Shown: piece after piece, positions 53,673 through 63,909 of the stretch
How the letters are laid out: the number at the start of each line of letters is the position of its first letter
Position numbering within the stretch: position 1 is the stretch's first letter
Source of the DNA: Sphingomonadales bacterium
GTDB taxonomy: Bacteria; Pseudomonadota; Alphaproteobacteria; Sphingomonadales; Sphingomonadaceae
Assembly: GCA_043765635.1 (NCBI GenBank)
Contig: JAYUIX010000160.1
Location: forward strand, 641 to 64,640
DNA: 64,000 nucleotides
Reading direction: 5' to 3'
The notes under the pieces: model-generated
What the model was told of the DNA's origin: nothing
Databases searched by the model: none
Seen by the model: the letters and a program-made list of their open reading frames with translations, nothing else
Position numbers and translations under genes: made by a program

Positions 53673-54703
53673 GCTTGTCCTGCCCTGACATAGGCAAGGT
53701 CATCAGTAATCCGCTGGGTAATCTTGTTGCTGACAAGTTTGGCGGCAACACCAATGGCATTGGCAACACCAAGATCGTTTGCACTGCCGTGGCTTTTGAC
53801 GACAATCCCGTTGAGGCCCAGAAATACCGCACCATTATGGTTATTGGGATCAAGATGATGGCGCAGTAGCTCGGTTGCAGGCCGTGAAATCAGGAAACCG
53901 AATTTTGAACGGATCGAGCTTGTAAAGGCACGGCGAAGCAAGTCCGTCACAAAACGTGCCGTCCCCTCCATTGTCTTCAGTGATATATTTCCCGAAAATC
54001 CGTCACAAACAACAACATCAGTATCGCCGCGCGAAATCTTGTCGCCTTCGATAAAACCCTGAAAGTTCATATGGAGATGCTTTGAGTCGCGCAACACGGT
54101 TGCGGCGTCGCGAATCTCGTCAGTGCCCTTCAAATCTTCAGTGCCGATATTGAGCAGCGAAACGCGTGGCTTTTCTAGCGCAAGCACGATCCGCGCGTAA
54201 ACCGCACCCATCACCGCAAATTCGACCAGATTACGCGTCTCACATTCGGTGTTCGCGCCTAAATCAAGCATAACATAATCGGTTTTGCCAAGACTTGGCA
54301 AAAGTGCGGCAAGTGCCGGCCGATCAATTCCGGGCATCGTGCGCAGTGCCAATTTTGACATCGCCATCAGCGCGCCGGTATTGCCCGCAGAAACTGCGGC
54401 ACCAGCACGTCCTTGTTTTACCGCGTCAATCGCAATTCCCATTGAAGTGGTCTTGGCACGGCGGATGGCTTGCGATGCTTTATCACTGCCTGAAATGACA
54501 TCGTTTGCATGAATAATTGTTGACGCGCTGCGAAGTGCGGGGTGCGCCGACAATGCGGAATTGATTGCAGTGCTATCCCCTACCAGATCAAACATCATTG
54601 TAGGTGCACGGGAGAGCGCAAGCGCTGCTCCGGCCAGCATCACAGTCACACCCTCGTCGCCACCCATCGCATCAATTGCCAAGCGCGGGGCGTCGTTCAC
54701 CAA
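53669..54703 (-). CDS. plsX: phosphate acyltransferase PlsX
   Basis: [11 protein letters not shown] at the N-terminus and C-terminal [13 protein letters not shown], in the rpmF-plsX-fabH synteny. Confidence 0.9.
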   Translation of the reverse strand: MVNDAPRLAIDAMGGDEGVTVMLAGAALALSRAPTMMFDLVGDSTAINSALSAHPALRSASTIIHANDVISGSDKASQAIRRAKTTSMGIAIDAVKQGRAGAAVSAGNTGALMAMSKLALRTMPGIDRPALAALLPSLGKTDYVMLDLGANTECETRNLVEFAVMGAVYARIVLALEKPRVSLLNIGTEDLKGTDEIRDAATVLRDSKHLHMNFQGFIEGDKISRGDTDVVVCDGFSGNISLKTMEGTARFVTDLLRRAFTSSIRSKFGFLISRPATELLRHHLDPNNHNGAVFLGLNGIVVKSHGSANDLGVANAIGVAAKLVSNKITQRITDDLAYVRAGQA

Positions 54704-54736
54704 GTCAATTTTCCGAGATCGCAGGCGTCAACAAGA

Positions 54737-54916
54737 TCAACTGGCGACAGCGATGACTTCACGGCCATTATAAAAGCCGCACGCATTGCACATATTGTGC
54801 GGACGCTTCAGCTCGCCACAATTTGAGCATTCCTGATACGCCTCAACGGGAAGCGAATCGTGGCTGCGGCGCATATTGCGCTTTGATGGCGAAGTTTTTC
54901 TCTTTGGAACGGCCAT
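54737..54916 (-). CDS. rpmF: 50S ribosomal protein L32
   Basis: I translated [59 protein letters not shown] (59 aa) myself. It is below the ORF-track length cutoff. Confidence 0.9.
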   Translation of the reverse strand: MAVPKRKTSPSKRNMRRSHDSLPVEAYQECSNCGELKRPHNMCNACGFYNGREVIAVAS

Positions 54917-55116
54917 TTCGGCACCTGTCTCTTATCTGTTAGCAATGGATGATGATAAATTCGGCTACCCCATTCATACCGCAACTCTATCAGCCGCAGA
55001 CCGAAACGGCCAGACATATCATGTGTGAGAGCGCGCCTATACCGATTCTTGCCATAGTTGCAAGTGGCGCACCGCCGTGGCACGACAAGCTTGAATATAA
55101 GCAGGGACATTAGACC

Positions 55117-55557
55117 ATGATTTTACCAATCACACTCACCGCCGCTGGGGCGGCGGCGCTCATCAATCTATGGCTCGCGATCCGCGTTGGCCAAGTGCGC
55201 ACGAAAGAAAAGGTCTCAATCGGCGATGGCGGCAATGAAAATGTCATCCGCCGGATGCGCGCGCACGCCAATTTTACTGAGTTTACACCATTCATTCTAA
55301 TTTTGATTGCTGCCATTGAGTTGGCAACGGGAACCTCAACATGGCTCTGGGCTGTGTCAAGCCTGTACCTTGTGGGGCGCTTGCTTCATGCCTTTGGAAT
55401 GGACGGTTTCATGCCCGGCCGGATGATTGGCACGATCATCTCGATGGTCTCATTGCTCGGGCTTGGCGGCTACGCGATTTATGTGGCGCATACAAGCGAC
55501 GGCGCGGTCAGTGAAATCACACCGGGCGCTGCGATTGAAGCGGTGCCTGTCGGCTAA
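55117..55557 (+). CDS. MAPEG family membrane protein
   Basis: 146 aa with four TM helices and the RRMRAHANFTEFTPF motif. Confidence 0.75.
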   Translation: MILPITLTAAGAAALINLWLAIRVGQVRTKEKVSIGDGGNENVIRRMRAHANFTEFTPFILILIAAIELATGTSTWLWAVSSLYLVGRLLHAFGMDGFMPGRMIGTIISMVSLLGLGGYAIYVAHTSDGAVSEITPGAAIEAVPVG

Positions 55558-56210
55558 GCCAGCATCATATCGCTCACATAAGCGTTCGTTTTCCGCTCCT
55601 GAGCAAAAGTAGACATTGGCCCGTGGCCGGGAACGAACGCTGTGTCCCCGCCCAGCGGCCATAGTCGGGTAGTGATCGCGTTGATCAGATCGTCATGGCA
55701 GCCCATCGGAAAATCAGTGCGGCCAATCGACCCCTGAAACAAAACATCGCCGACAATCGCGAGCTTTGACGGCGCGTGATGAAACACGACGTGGCCAGGC
55801 GTGTGGCCGGGGCAATGATAGACATCAAGCGTGAGATTGCCGACAGTCACTTGATCGCCGTTTTCAAGCCAGCGGTCTGGCTCAAACACCTGCGCGTTCA
55901 TCCCGTATTGCTGGCCGTCTTCGCCGAGCCTTGAAATCCAGAAGCGGTCGGCCTCATGCGGCCCTTCAATCGGTACGCCGAGTTCCTGCGCCAGAATGCC
56001 CGCCTGCCCGCAATGATCCAGATGGCCGTGGGTGATAATGATTTTCTCAATCGTCACGCCTTGACTTGCCGCAGCTGCCTTCAATCGGTCAAGATCGCCG
56101 CCGGGATCACTGAACGCGCCGCGCATCGTCTGGGTACACCAGATAAGCGTGCAATTCTGCTGAAGCGGCGTCACCGGAATGATTGCGGCCTTCATTGGCG
56201 GTTGGGTCAT
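55554..56210 (-). CDS. MBL-fold metallo-hydrolase (glyoxalase II-like)
   Basis: Contains the THGHLDH motif. 218 aa. Confidence 0.8.
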   Translation of the reverse strand: MTQPPMKAAIIPVTPLQQNCTLIWCTQTMRGAFSDPGGDLDRLKAAAASQGVTIEKIIITHGHLDHCGQAGILAQELGVPIEGPHEADRFWISRLGEDGQQYGMNAQVFEPDRWLENGDQVTVGNLTLDVYHCPGHTPGHVVFHHAPSKLAIVGDVLFQGSIGRTDFPMGCHDDLINAITTRLWPLGGDTAFVPGHGPMSTFAQERKTNAYVSDMMLA

Positions 56211-57100
56211 ATCGTATCTTTCTCAAAAACGCGGCTTACCAACCGATTAAGCAGGTCTGCCCGCAAAGCATCATTGTCCACCGCACTCAGATAGGTGATC
56301 GGCGCGCCGTTTACATCAGCACCGCAGACAAGATGCGCAACCTCGCCACTGTTGTCGATGGCGGCCTGCCAATGATGCACCGTGAAAAGTTCAGGGACAA
56401 ACAACCAACCGACAGCAAGCGTATCAAAGGGCGTAAAGCCGGGCGTGCCGAGATGCTGCTGCCAATTGGCGAGCCATCCGCGCGCGCTTGCCGCAAGCCA
56501 CTGCGCGCCCTCATCGCCGCGCGCCGCAATCCAGTCGAGATGGCTTTGCGTCATCCACATATGCGCGCAGACTTCCCATCCGGCAAATACCAGCGGTAGT
56601 CCAAGCGCGAGTACGGCGGCAGTCGCGCTAACATCTCGTTCAAAATTGGCATCGCGAAACGGCTTTTCTTGAGTGGCGCTGACGCGAAACTCTTGGCCCG
56701 CCCGACGACCGCCAACAAAAACGATTGACTCGATGTTCGCATGGTTGACGCCGGATCGCGCTAAAGCTGCGGCAATCGTCGTGAACGGCCCAAGCGCCAA
56801 TATAGTAATTGGCCCTGCGTTAATCGCATCAACAAGCGGGCCGACGGCTTCGCTATCGCACCCACCCTCAACGCCTTCGCCGCACCAGACGGGAATATCA
56901 GTGCGCCCTGTTTGCCGAACAATCTCCTGCGCCATTGGATAGGCGTGGGAAAGCTCACAATTGCCGAACACTGCTGAAACGCCGACAATATCAAGTTCAG
57001 GCGAACGCAACGCCTGAAACAGCGCGAACGCATCATCGACTTCGCCATTACCTGCGGTCACCGCAGGGTCAGTATCAATCCAAACGCGTCGCTGTGTCAT
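56207..57100 (-). CDS. nucleoside hydrolase
   Basis: The N-terminal VWIDTDPAV...DDAFAL matches the DxDxxxDD fingerprint. Confidence 0.8.
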   Translation of the reverse strand: MTQRRVWIDTDPAVTAGNGEVDDAFALFQALRSPELDIVGVSAVFGNCELSHAYPMAQEIVRQTGRTDIPVWCGEGVEGGCDSEAVGPLVDAINAGPITILALGPFTTIAAALARSGVNHANIESIVFVGGRRAGQEFRVSATQEKPFRDANFERDVSATAAVLALGLPLVFAGWEVCAHMWMTQSHLDWIAARGDEGAQWLAASARGWLANWQQHLGTPGFTPFDTLAVGWLFVPELFTVHHWQAAIDNSGEVAHLVCGADVNGAPITYLSAVDNDALRADLLNRLVSRVFEKDTI

Positions 57101-57276
57101 GCTATTACCGCTCTGTTGTTATATGCGTAACAGCCGTAGGCGATTAGACAGGATCAACGCCATAGGGCCTTAAAAAATAATGAGGCGTCGTTGCCCGGCC
57201 ACCTGATGGCAGGCATCAACACGCAGCGGTAAAATGAGCAATGTACCGTTCATCACCAACTGTGGTATGAACCCTT

Positions 57277-57873
57277 ATGGAATTTAACCGAAGAGCATTT
57301 CTCGGGTCGGCTATGATTGGTGCAGCCGCTTTGGGTGCTTCGCCAACAGTCGCGTCGGTAGTTGGGCAGCGTTCACCAAATTTGCTGGCGAAGGCCCGCG
57401 CCGCGCTTGTTCAACACAGGAATTATATTACAAATACCGACATAATAGCGATTGCCGATTTTACGCTCGCATCACGGCAACCGCGTTTTCATTTGATCGA
57501 TATCGCAAGTGGCCAGACAACAAGCCTGCTCGTCGCGCATGGTCGCGGCTCAGACCCCGCCAATATTGGCTTTGTTGAGCGTTTTTCAAACCAGCCCGGC
57601 TCTTACGCAACGTCAAATGGCAGCTATGTCACTGGCGACGCCTATGTTGGGAAGCATGGCCGTTCACGTCGCCTGATTGGGCTTGATCCAGAAAATGACC
57701 AAGCGTTGCCGCGTGCTATTGTCATTCACGCCGCGCCTTATGTAACGCATGAGATGGCGAAAACACACGGGCGCGTTGGACGGAGCCAAGGCTGCTTCAC
57801 TGTGACACAGGTTGATCTTGAAATGGTGCTTGAACGCCTTGGCCCAGGGCGTTTGCTCTTCGCGGGCAAATAG
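57277..57873 (+). CDS. L,D-transpeptidase catalytic-domain family protein (Tat signal)
   Basis: Twin-arginine leader (NRRAFLGSAMIGAAALGA) and active-site context GRSQGCFTV. Confidence 0.75.
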   Translation: MEFNRRAFLGSAMIGAAALGASPTVASVVGQRSPNLLAKARAALVQHRNYITNTDIIAIADFTLASRQPRFHLIDIASGQTTSLLVAHGRGSDPANIGFVERFSNQPGSYATSNGSYVTGDAYVGKHGRSRRLIGLDPENDQALPRAIVIHAAPYVTHEMAKTHGRVGRSQGCFTVTQVDLEMVLERLGPGRLLFAGK

Positions 57874-57874
57874 G

Positions 57875-58846
57875 ATGGCACGTTGCTTAGCAAGTTTTGT
57901 CGCGGTTGTAGGCATTTTGCTGTTGGGATCGCCGCAAGCGGCGGGTGCGCAAACGGCGGTTGATGGCCCGATTGAACAGCTCAAGCCCGGTGAATATTTC
58001 TGGGCACCCGAGATTGCGCCACAGGGGCCGGTCACGATTATAATAAGCCTCAAAACCCAGCGCGCTTATGTTTACCGCAACGGCGTACCCATTGGCGTAA
58101 CCTCGGTATCGACGGGCAAAGCGGGACACCGAACACCAACTGGCGTGTTCACGATCCTGCAAAAGGACGTTGATCACCGATCGAATATATATTCCAATGC
58201 GCCCATGCCGTTCATGCAGCGACTGACATGGGGCGGCATTGCTCTGCACGCGGGCAATTTGCCCGGCTATCCCGCTTCGCATGGATGCGTTCGGATGCCG
58301 CGCGAATTCGCCAAGCAGCTTTTCGGCGTTACCCGGCTGGGGCTAACCGTGGTCATCACTGATGATCCACTCGTTCCCGAGGTTGTTGCTGCGCCGAGCG
58401 TGTTTGCAAACGGCCAAGGCGACGCACAACAAAGCGGACTCTATTTTAGCTGGCGACCCGAAAAAGCCCCCGCCGGCCCGCTTTCGATTGTTGTCAGCGG
58501 GCGTGATCGCAAAATGATTGTCCTGCGTAACGGTGTGCAAATTGGATCAAGCAGCATCCGCATCGACGGGCCGGTGAGCGAAACTCAGGCATTCACGCTG
58601 CGCGGCGTTGATGAAAAAGGGTTTCACTGGCTGCGTCTGCCGCTGCCGGGATTAACGCCTGCCCAAGCGGGTGAAATGACGCCTGAAGAACGAGCGCGGC
58701 TTCATTTGCCTGAAGCCTTCCGCGCGGTGCTTGCTGCTGCGCTTCAACCGGGGACGACTGTGCTGATTACCCGCGAATCGATCCGCAGCGGGGGAACCGC
58801 GAAACGACTGACGGTGCTGACATCGGATGGTGACACTAAAAAATGA
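57875..58846 (+). CDS. L,D-transpeptidase (YkuD domain)
   Basis: Signal peptide MARCLASFVAVVGILLLG. The YkuD motif is HAGNLPGYPASHGCVRMP. Confidence 0.8.
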   Translation: MARCLASFVAVVGILLLGSPQAAGAQTAVDGPIEQLKPGEYFWAPEIAPQGPVTIIISLKTQRAYVYRNGVPIGVTSVSTGKAGHRTPTGVFTILQKDVDHRSNIYSNAPMPFMQRLTWGGIALHAGNLPGYPASHGCVRMPREFAKQLFGVTRLGLTVVITDDPLVPEVVAAPSVFANGQGDAQQSGLYFSWRPEKAPAGPLSIVVSGRDRKMIVLRNGVQIGSSSIRIDGPVSETQAFTLRGVDEKGFHWLRLPLPGLTPAQAGEMTPEERARLHLPEAFRAVLAAALQPGTTVLITRESIRSGGTAKRLTVLTSDGDTKK

Positions 58847-58863
58847 GTTGGAAAAAATGAGAT

Positions 58864-58939
58864 TGGTGGAGCTTAGCGGAATCGAACCGCTGACCTCGTC
58901 ATTGCGAACGACGCGCTCTACCAACTGAGCTAAAGCCCC
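58864..58939 (-). tRNA. tRNA-Ala(CGC)
   Basis: The reverse complement folds as a 76-nt cloverleaf with G3:U70, anticodon loop UUCGCAA and encoded CCA. Confidence 0.95.
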
Positions 58940-59066
58940 ACAAATTAAGAGAGATATTAGCGCCTCCAAATCGGCGATGCAATGGCGCAAGGTGCCTTGC
59001 GCCAATCAAGTTTTGGATTAAAACGGATTGCATCTGTCTTCCCAAAATCAAAAAAGGATCACCCTC

Positions 59067-60062
59067 ATGGCCCAAGGCTGGCATTTCAAATCACGTCCGG
59101 GCGGCCTGCCCGCGCATGACAATTTTGAGCTGAAGACGCTCGCCGACGTGGCGCTTGGCGAAGGGCAAATCCGCGTGGCAAATAGCTGGCTTTCGGTTGA
59201 TCCCTATATGCGTGGCCGGATGAACGACACCAAAAGCTATGTCCCCGGTTTCGCGCTTGGCGAGGTGATGCAGGGTGGCGCGGTTGGTCGCGTGACCGAA
59301 AGCCGTGCTGAAGGGTTTGCGGTTGGCGATCTTGTCATGCACATGATGGGCTGGCGCGATGAGGCCGTAGTTGAAACCGCAGGGCCAACCGCTGCACAAA
59401 AGCTGCCAGAACTTGGTGTGCCTGATCAAACTTGGCTCCATAATCTCGGGCTGACCGGGGCGACGGCTTATTTCGGTTTGCTCAAAACCGCCGAGGCCAA
59501 AGCGGGTGATATCGTATTTGTGTCGGCAGCAGCAGGCGCAGTTGGTATGGCGGTGGTTCAAATTGCCAAGCAAAAGGGCATGACGGTGATCGGCTCGGCA
59601 GGCGGGGCCGATAAATGCGCGTGGGTCAAGCAACTCGGCGCTGACGCGTGCATTGATTATAAGGCTGGGCCAGTCCTCCCTCAACTCATCAAAGCCGCGC
59701 CCAAGGGCATCGACGTCTATTTTGACAATGTCGGCGGTGAACATCTTGACGCGGCATTTGCGACCGCGCGCGATTGGGCGCGCTTTGCAATTTGCGGAAT
59801 GATTGACGTTTATAATGACGGCAAACCAATGGAACTTAAATATTTGATCCGCACCATCCCGGCGCGCATCCGGATACAGGGCTTTATCTTCACTGATTAC
59901 ATCGCGCACATGGGCGAATTTATGGGCGAGATGGCACCGTGGGTTCTTGGTGGCGAAGTTAAAGCGCGCGAGACAGTCAATGAGGGGCTTGGTTCGAGCG
60001 TTGACGCCTTCCTCGGTCTGTTTTCGGGGAAGAACACTGGCAAGATGCTGGTTAAACTGTAG
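59067..60062 (+). CDS. NADP-dependent oxidoreductase (medium-chain reductase, YncB/PTGR-like)
   Basis: Nucleotide-binding motif VSAAAGAVGMAV. AAGGA RBS before ATG 59067. Confidence 0.85.
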   Translation: MAQGWHFKSRPGGLPAHDNFELKTLADVALGEGQIRVANSWLSVDPYMRGRMNDTKSYVPGFALGEVMQGGAVGRVTESRAEGFAVGDLVMHMMGWRDEAVVETAGPTAAQKLPELGVPDQTWLHNLGLTGATAYFGLLKTAEAKAGDIVFVSAAAGAVGMAVVQIAKQKGMTVIGSAGGADKCAWVKQLGADACIDYKAGPVLPQLIKAAPKGIDVYFDNVGGEHLDAAFATARDWARFAICGMIDVYNDGKPMELKYLIRTIPARIRIQGFIFTDYIAHMGEFMGEMAPWVLGGEVKARETVNEGLGSSVDAFLGLFSGKNTGKMLVKL

Positions 60063-60073
60063 GCAATAAAAAA

Positions 60074-60105
60074 GGCCCGGCATCGCGAGATACCGGGCCT
60101 TTTTT
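60074..60105. terminator. bidirectional intrinsic terminator
   Basis: GGCCCGG-N12-CCGGGCC is flanked by AAAAAA upstream and TTTTTT downstream. It serves the two convergent genes. Confidence 0.8.
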
Positions 60106-60122
60106 GAATTTACAGTGTCGCC

Positions 60123-60914
60123 TTACTGAAGCGGACTCAAATTGACCGCTGCATATTTGCCGCGACGATCAACCTCGATCTCAAATTCAAGCCGATCGCC
60201 CTCATTAAGGTTGGCCATGCCCGCGCGCTCAACCGCCGAGATATGAACAAACGCATCAGGCTGACCGTCATCACGCTGAACAAAGCCGAAGCCCTTCATC
60301 GCGTTGAAGAATTTAACAGTTCCAGTTGCTTTTTCACCTGTCAACTGACGCTGCGGGCCGCCGCGATCGCCGCCGCCACCACCAAAGCCGCCGCCAGCGG
60401 GGCGATCTGCACGATCGCCGCGATCACGCGGTGGGCCGCCGCTGGTTATGGCCATTGGTTCGCCGTCAATCTTGAGTTCGGTTGCCGAAACCTTGCCGCC
60501 ACGGTCAACCAGTGTGAAACCAAGTGGCTGACCATCGGCAAGACCTGAAAGACCTGCCTGTTCAACCGCTGAAATATGTACGAAAACATCTTCCCCGCCA
60601 TCATCGCGAACGACAAAGCCAAAGCCTTTTTGCGCGTTGAAGAATTTTACGACGCCAGTGCCTTCGCCAACGACTTGGGCTGGCATGGCTGGCCCGCGAG
60701 GCGCACCGCCACCACGAAAACCGCCGCCACCTGCGCCTGCGCCGCCACCGCCGAAGCGATCACCGCCGCCAAAGCCGCCGCCACCACCGCCAAATCGATC
60801 ACCGCCGCCGCCGAAGCTGCTTCCGCCGCCACCATATTGATCGTCACCGAAACTATCCCGCTTATCTCTGCCGCGTCCGCCGCGATCACCACGGCGCCCT
60901 TTATCGAAACTCAT
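60123..60914 (-). CDS. tandem cold-shock-domain protein with Gly/Arg-rich regions
   Basis: Two CSDs (GVVKFFNAQKGFGFVVRDDGGEDVFVHISAV and GTVKFFNAMKGFGFVQRDDGQPDAFVHISAV). They are preceded and separated by GGG/RGG low-complexity segments. Confidence 0.85.
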   Translation of the reverse strand: MSFDKGRRGDRGGRGRDKRDSFGDDQYGGGGSSFGGGGDRFGGGGGGFGGGDRFGGGGAGAGGGGFRGGGAPRGPAMPAQVVGEGTGVVKFFNAQKGFGFVVRDDGGEDVFVHISAVEQAGLSGLADGQPLGFTLVDRGGKVSATELKIDGEPMAITSGGPPRDRGDRADRPAGGGFGGGGGDRGGPQRQLTGEKATGTVKFFNAMKGFGFVQRDDGQPDAFVHISAVERAGMANLNEGDRLEFEIEVDRRGKYAAVNLSPLQ

Positions 60915-61166
60915 GCCAAAATTAACTTTCCGCAAAATTCGCCCGCATATTATTATAACTTGGCGTGCCGGACGAACAACACAAAGCTATGGCATAGAAT
61001 CGCAATAGGCCACCGACTCGGCTTATACCATAAATAGCAATACTGCGAGCGATTTTGATACAAGACTTGCAGCTTTGGTTAAGCACGGGCAAATGGCACA
61101 CTCATAGTGCGTCGCATCTGCTCAAAAGCGGCCTGCGTCGCGGACATTAGAAAGACCTAAGGCATA

Positions 61167-61784
61167 ATGGCCGTCCATTTCTACGAAGAAGATTTGCCCG
61201 AAAATATGTTTGGCGCTGGCCCAGTTGCGGTTGATACCGAAACAATGGGATTGCACCCGGGGCGTGACCGGCTTTGCCTTGTCCAGATTTCGGATGGCAG
61301 CGGCGATGAACATCTCGTGCGCTTTAGCCCTGGCAGTAATTATGCCGCGCCCAATCTTAAGGCTGTGCTTGCTGATTCGAATCGGCTTAAGCTTTATCAT
61401 TTCGCGCGCTTTGATCTGGCGTCGATCCACGCTTATCTCGGGATTATGGCCGCACCTGTCTATTGCACCAAGATTGCCTCGCGGCTGGTGCGCACTTATA
61501 CAGATCGCCACGGCCTCAAGGAGCTTGTCCGTGATCTTGTTGGGATTGATATCTCAAAGCAGCAACAATCTTCGGATTGGGGCGGGCCACTGATCAACGA
61601 TGCGCAGCGCGATTATGCCGCGTCCGACGTGCGTTATCTCCACCGGATGAAAGAGGCGCTTGATGCAAGGCTGATCCGTGAAGGCCGAATGGCAATGGCG
61701 CAGGCCTGCTTCGATTTTCTGCCGCACCGCGCTATGCTTGATCTTGCCGGATGGCCCGAAATTGATATTTTTGCCCATGCCTGA
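61167..61784 (+). CDS. 3'-5' exonuclease, RNase D-like (DEDD)
   Basis: VAVDTETMGL (Exo I), HFARFDL, and YAASDVRYL (Exo III). Confidence 0.8.
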   Translation: MAVHFYEEDLPENMFGAGPVAVDTETMGLHPGRDRLCLVQISDGSGDEHLVRFSPGSNYAAPNLKAVLADSNRLKLYHFARFDLASIHAYLGIMAAPVYCTKIASRLVRTYTDRHGLKELVRDLVGIDISKQQQSSDWGGPLINDAQRDYAASDVRYLHRMKEALDARLIREGRMAMAQACFDFLPHRAMLDLAGWPEIDIFAHA

Positions 61785-62409
61785 TATGCATAAAACTAGC
61801 CCGCGCCAGCGTTGGGCAGCCCCTGGGAGCCGCCACGACTGGATGATTCGTTTTTCGCGAATCATCCTGCCCTCGGGCGTTGGCGTGCTCGCCGCAATCC
61901 TAATCCTTGCGCCACTATCAGCGCGCGGCGATATCAGCTTCGTCCTTGCCAAAGATAGTGTTGCGCTTGCCAAGGAACGGATGCGGCTGACTGCAGCCAC
62001 CTATCGCGGCGAAGATGGCAAGGGCCAGCCATTCGTGCTGCGTGCCGGGTCTGCGGTGCAAACTTCATCGCTTGATCCAGTTGTGCGGCTGGGCGATTTA
62101 TCGGCCAACATCGCACTTGCTGATGGCCCCGCAACGCTCAAGGCCGATGCCGGTCGCTATGATATGAACCGCGAAACGCTGATGATTGACGGCCCGATCA
62201 GTTTTACCGCTGCTGACGGTTTCCAGCTTGATACCCGCGACGTTGCGGTGGGCCTCAAAACGCGCAAGCTTGCCAGCGGCGGATCTGTCAGCGGACGTTT
62301 ACCGATTGGCACCTTCACCGCCAACCAGATTAGCGCCGACCTGAACGCACGCACCGTCGTGCTGGAGGGGCGCGCGCGCTTGCATATTACCCAGCGCAGG
62401 GGCAAATAA
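61777..62409 (+). CDS. lptC: LPS export protein LptC
   Basis: N-terminal TM anchor followed by a beta-jellyroll-like region. It lies directly upstream of lptA-lptB-rpoN. ATG 61777 overlaps the rnd-like gene end. Confidence 0.7.
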   Translation: MPDMHKTSPRQRWAAPGSRHDWMIRFSRIILPSGVGVLAAILILAPLSARGDISFVLAKDSVALAKERMRLTAATYRGEDGKGQPFVLRAGSAVQTSSLDPVVRLGDLSANIALADGPATLKADAGRYDMNRETLMIDGPISFTAADGFQLDTRDVAVGLKTRKLASGGSVSGRLPIGTFTANQISADLNARTVVLEGRARLHITQRRGK

Positions 62410-62413
62410 GGCT

Positions 62414-62965
62414 ATGCGCCGCCTCACGCCCCTCCTTTTCGCACTTGTCCTTGCTGTCCCCGCCTCAGGGCAAGCGCTCAAAGATCATAATGCCAAGGCC
62501 GATGTGTTTTTTGATGCTGACCGAATCGAAGTGCAAGACCGCGCTGACCGTGCGATCCTTTCGGGCAATGTCCGTGTCCGCCAAGGGCCGCTGACACTCA
62601 ACGCCGCACGGTTGACCGTTGCCTATGCCAAAGCCGGCGGCAGCAATCGCGGCGGGGTTGATGTCGAACGGCTTGATGCGACCGGCGGCGTTGTCGTAAC
62701 CAGCGCGACCGAAACTGCGCGCGGCGATATTGCGATTTATGATCTTACCCGCCGGATCATCACCATGCTCGGCGATGTCACGCTCGTTCAGCGCCAGAAT
62801 GAACTGCGCGGCGGGCGGTTGGTGATTGATCTTAACACCGGGCGCTCAGTCGTTGATGGTCGCAGCATTGCCGGTGCGCCCGATGGCGCCATTGGCACCA
62901 GTGGCAATGGCCGCGTTTCAGGCCGCTTTACCGTGGCACCGCGCGACGAAGGTTCGGACAAGTAA
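62414..62965 (+). CDS. lptA: LPS transport periplasmic protein LptA (OstA-like)
   Basis: Signal peptide and OstA-N-type repeats (ADRIEVQDRADRAILSGNVRV...). Its position between lptC and lptB supports the call. Confidence 0.8.
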   Translation: MRRLTPLLFALVLAVPASGQALKDHNAKADVFFDADRIEVQDRADRAILSGNVRVRQGPLTLNAARLTVAYAKAGGSNRGGVDVERLDATGGVVVTSATETARGDIAIYDLTRRIITMLGDVTLVQRQNELRGGRLVIDLNTGRSVVDGRSIAGAPDGAIGTSGNGRVSGRFTVAPRDEGSDK

Positions 62966-63130
62966 AGCCTCATTGGCTTTACCCCATAATAATGCGGTGC
63001 TTTTTCGACAAACAGTCTCGCTCGCTCGCCTGACAGGCTCGCGCAACGCGAAAAGTCATGCAATAAGCTTGCCAAACTTTCAAAATTAACCATTTAAAAA
63101 CCAAGAATCGATAGCAAAACCACAGGAACA

Positions 63131-63907
63131 ATGATGAACGACATCCAAACCCGTGAACGCCCGACGCAAGAAACTGCTGATGATCAGGCAGGGCTTTCGA
63201 TCATTTCGATTGCCAAATCCTATGATAACCGGGTTGTCCTTTCCGATGTCTCGCTTTCGGTCGGGCGCGGAGAAGTTGTCGGCCTGCTTGGCCCCAATGG
63301 CGCGGGCAAAACAACCTGTTTTTATTCGGTAATGGGTCTGGTCAAGCCCGACGCGGGCCGCATCCTGCTTGACGGCGCGGATATCACCGCGCTCCCGATG
63401 TACCGCCGCGCGATCCTTGGGCTTGGCTATCTCCCCCAGGAAACCTCGATTTTTCGCGGGCTTTCGGTTGCCAAGAATATTAGCGCCGTGCTTGAATTGG
63501 TTGAGCCCGATAAAGCCGCGCGCGCTGACCGGCTTGAATTTCTCCTGAGTGAGTTTGGCCTTGAGAAACTGCGCAATTCAGCGGCTATGGCGCTTTCGGG
63601 TGGCGAACGGCGGCGCTGCGAAATCGCCCGCGCGCTTGCCGCCAATCCGTCAATCATGCTGCTTGATGAGCCCTTTGCCGGGATTGACCCGCTGTCGATT
63701 TCGGATATTCGCGATCTGATCAAGGATCTCAAAAAACGTGATATCGGCGTGTTGATCACTGATCATAACGTCCGTGAAACGCTCGAAATTGTTGACCGCG
63801 CCTGCATCATCTATGATGGCCGCGTGCTGTTTGCGGGCAGCCCCGAAGCCCTTGTTGCTGATGAAAATGTCCGCCGCCTGTATCTGGGCGAAAGTTTCAG
63901 CCTGTAA
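63131..63907 (+). CDS. lptB: LPS export ABC transporter ATP-binding protein LptB
   Basis: Walker A (GPNGAGKTT), ABC signature (LSGGERRR) and Walker B (IMLLDEPFAG). Confidence 0.95.
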   Translation: MMNDIQTRERPTQETADDQAGLSIISIAKSYDNRVVLSDVSLSVGRGEVVGLLGPNGAGKTTCFYSVMGLVKPDAGRILLDGADITALPMYRRAILGLGYLPQETSIFRGLSVAKNISAVLELVEPDKAARADRLEFLLSEFGLEKLRNSAAMALSGGERRRCEIARALAANPSIMLLDEPFAGIDPLSISDIRDLIKDLKKRDIGVLITDHNVRETLEIVDRACIIYDGRVLFAGSPEALVADENVRRLYLGESFSL

Positions 63908-63909
63908 CC

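Noticed and set aside
54808-55110. 100-aa minus-strand ORF in the plsX-MAPEG gap.
   Set aside because: A different frame of the same strand encodes canonical ribosomal protein L32 (54737-54916). The 100-aa ORF overlaps it out of frame and has no family features.
59091-60083. 330-aa minus-strand ORF covering the whole oxidoreductase gene.
   Set aside because: It is antisense to a well-supported MDR-family reductase, has an Arg/Ala/His-rich composition typical of GC-rich antisense frames, and contains no recognisable motifs.
60576-61037. Plus-strand ORFs (153 aa Ala/Thr-rich; 67 aa Pro-rich) opposite the cold-shock gene.
   Set aside because: They are mirror images of the Gly-rich coding repeats (GGN read as NCC), so they are an artefact of low-complexity sequence.
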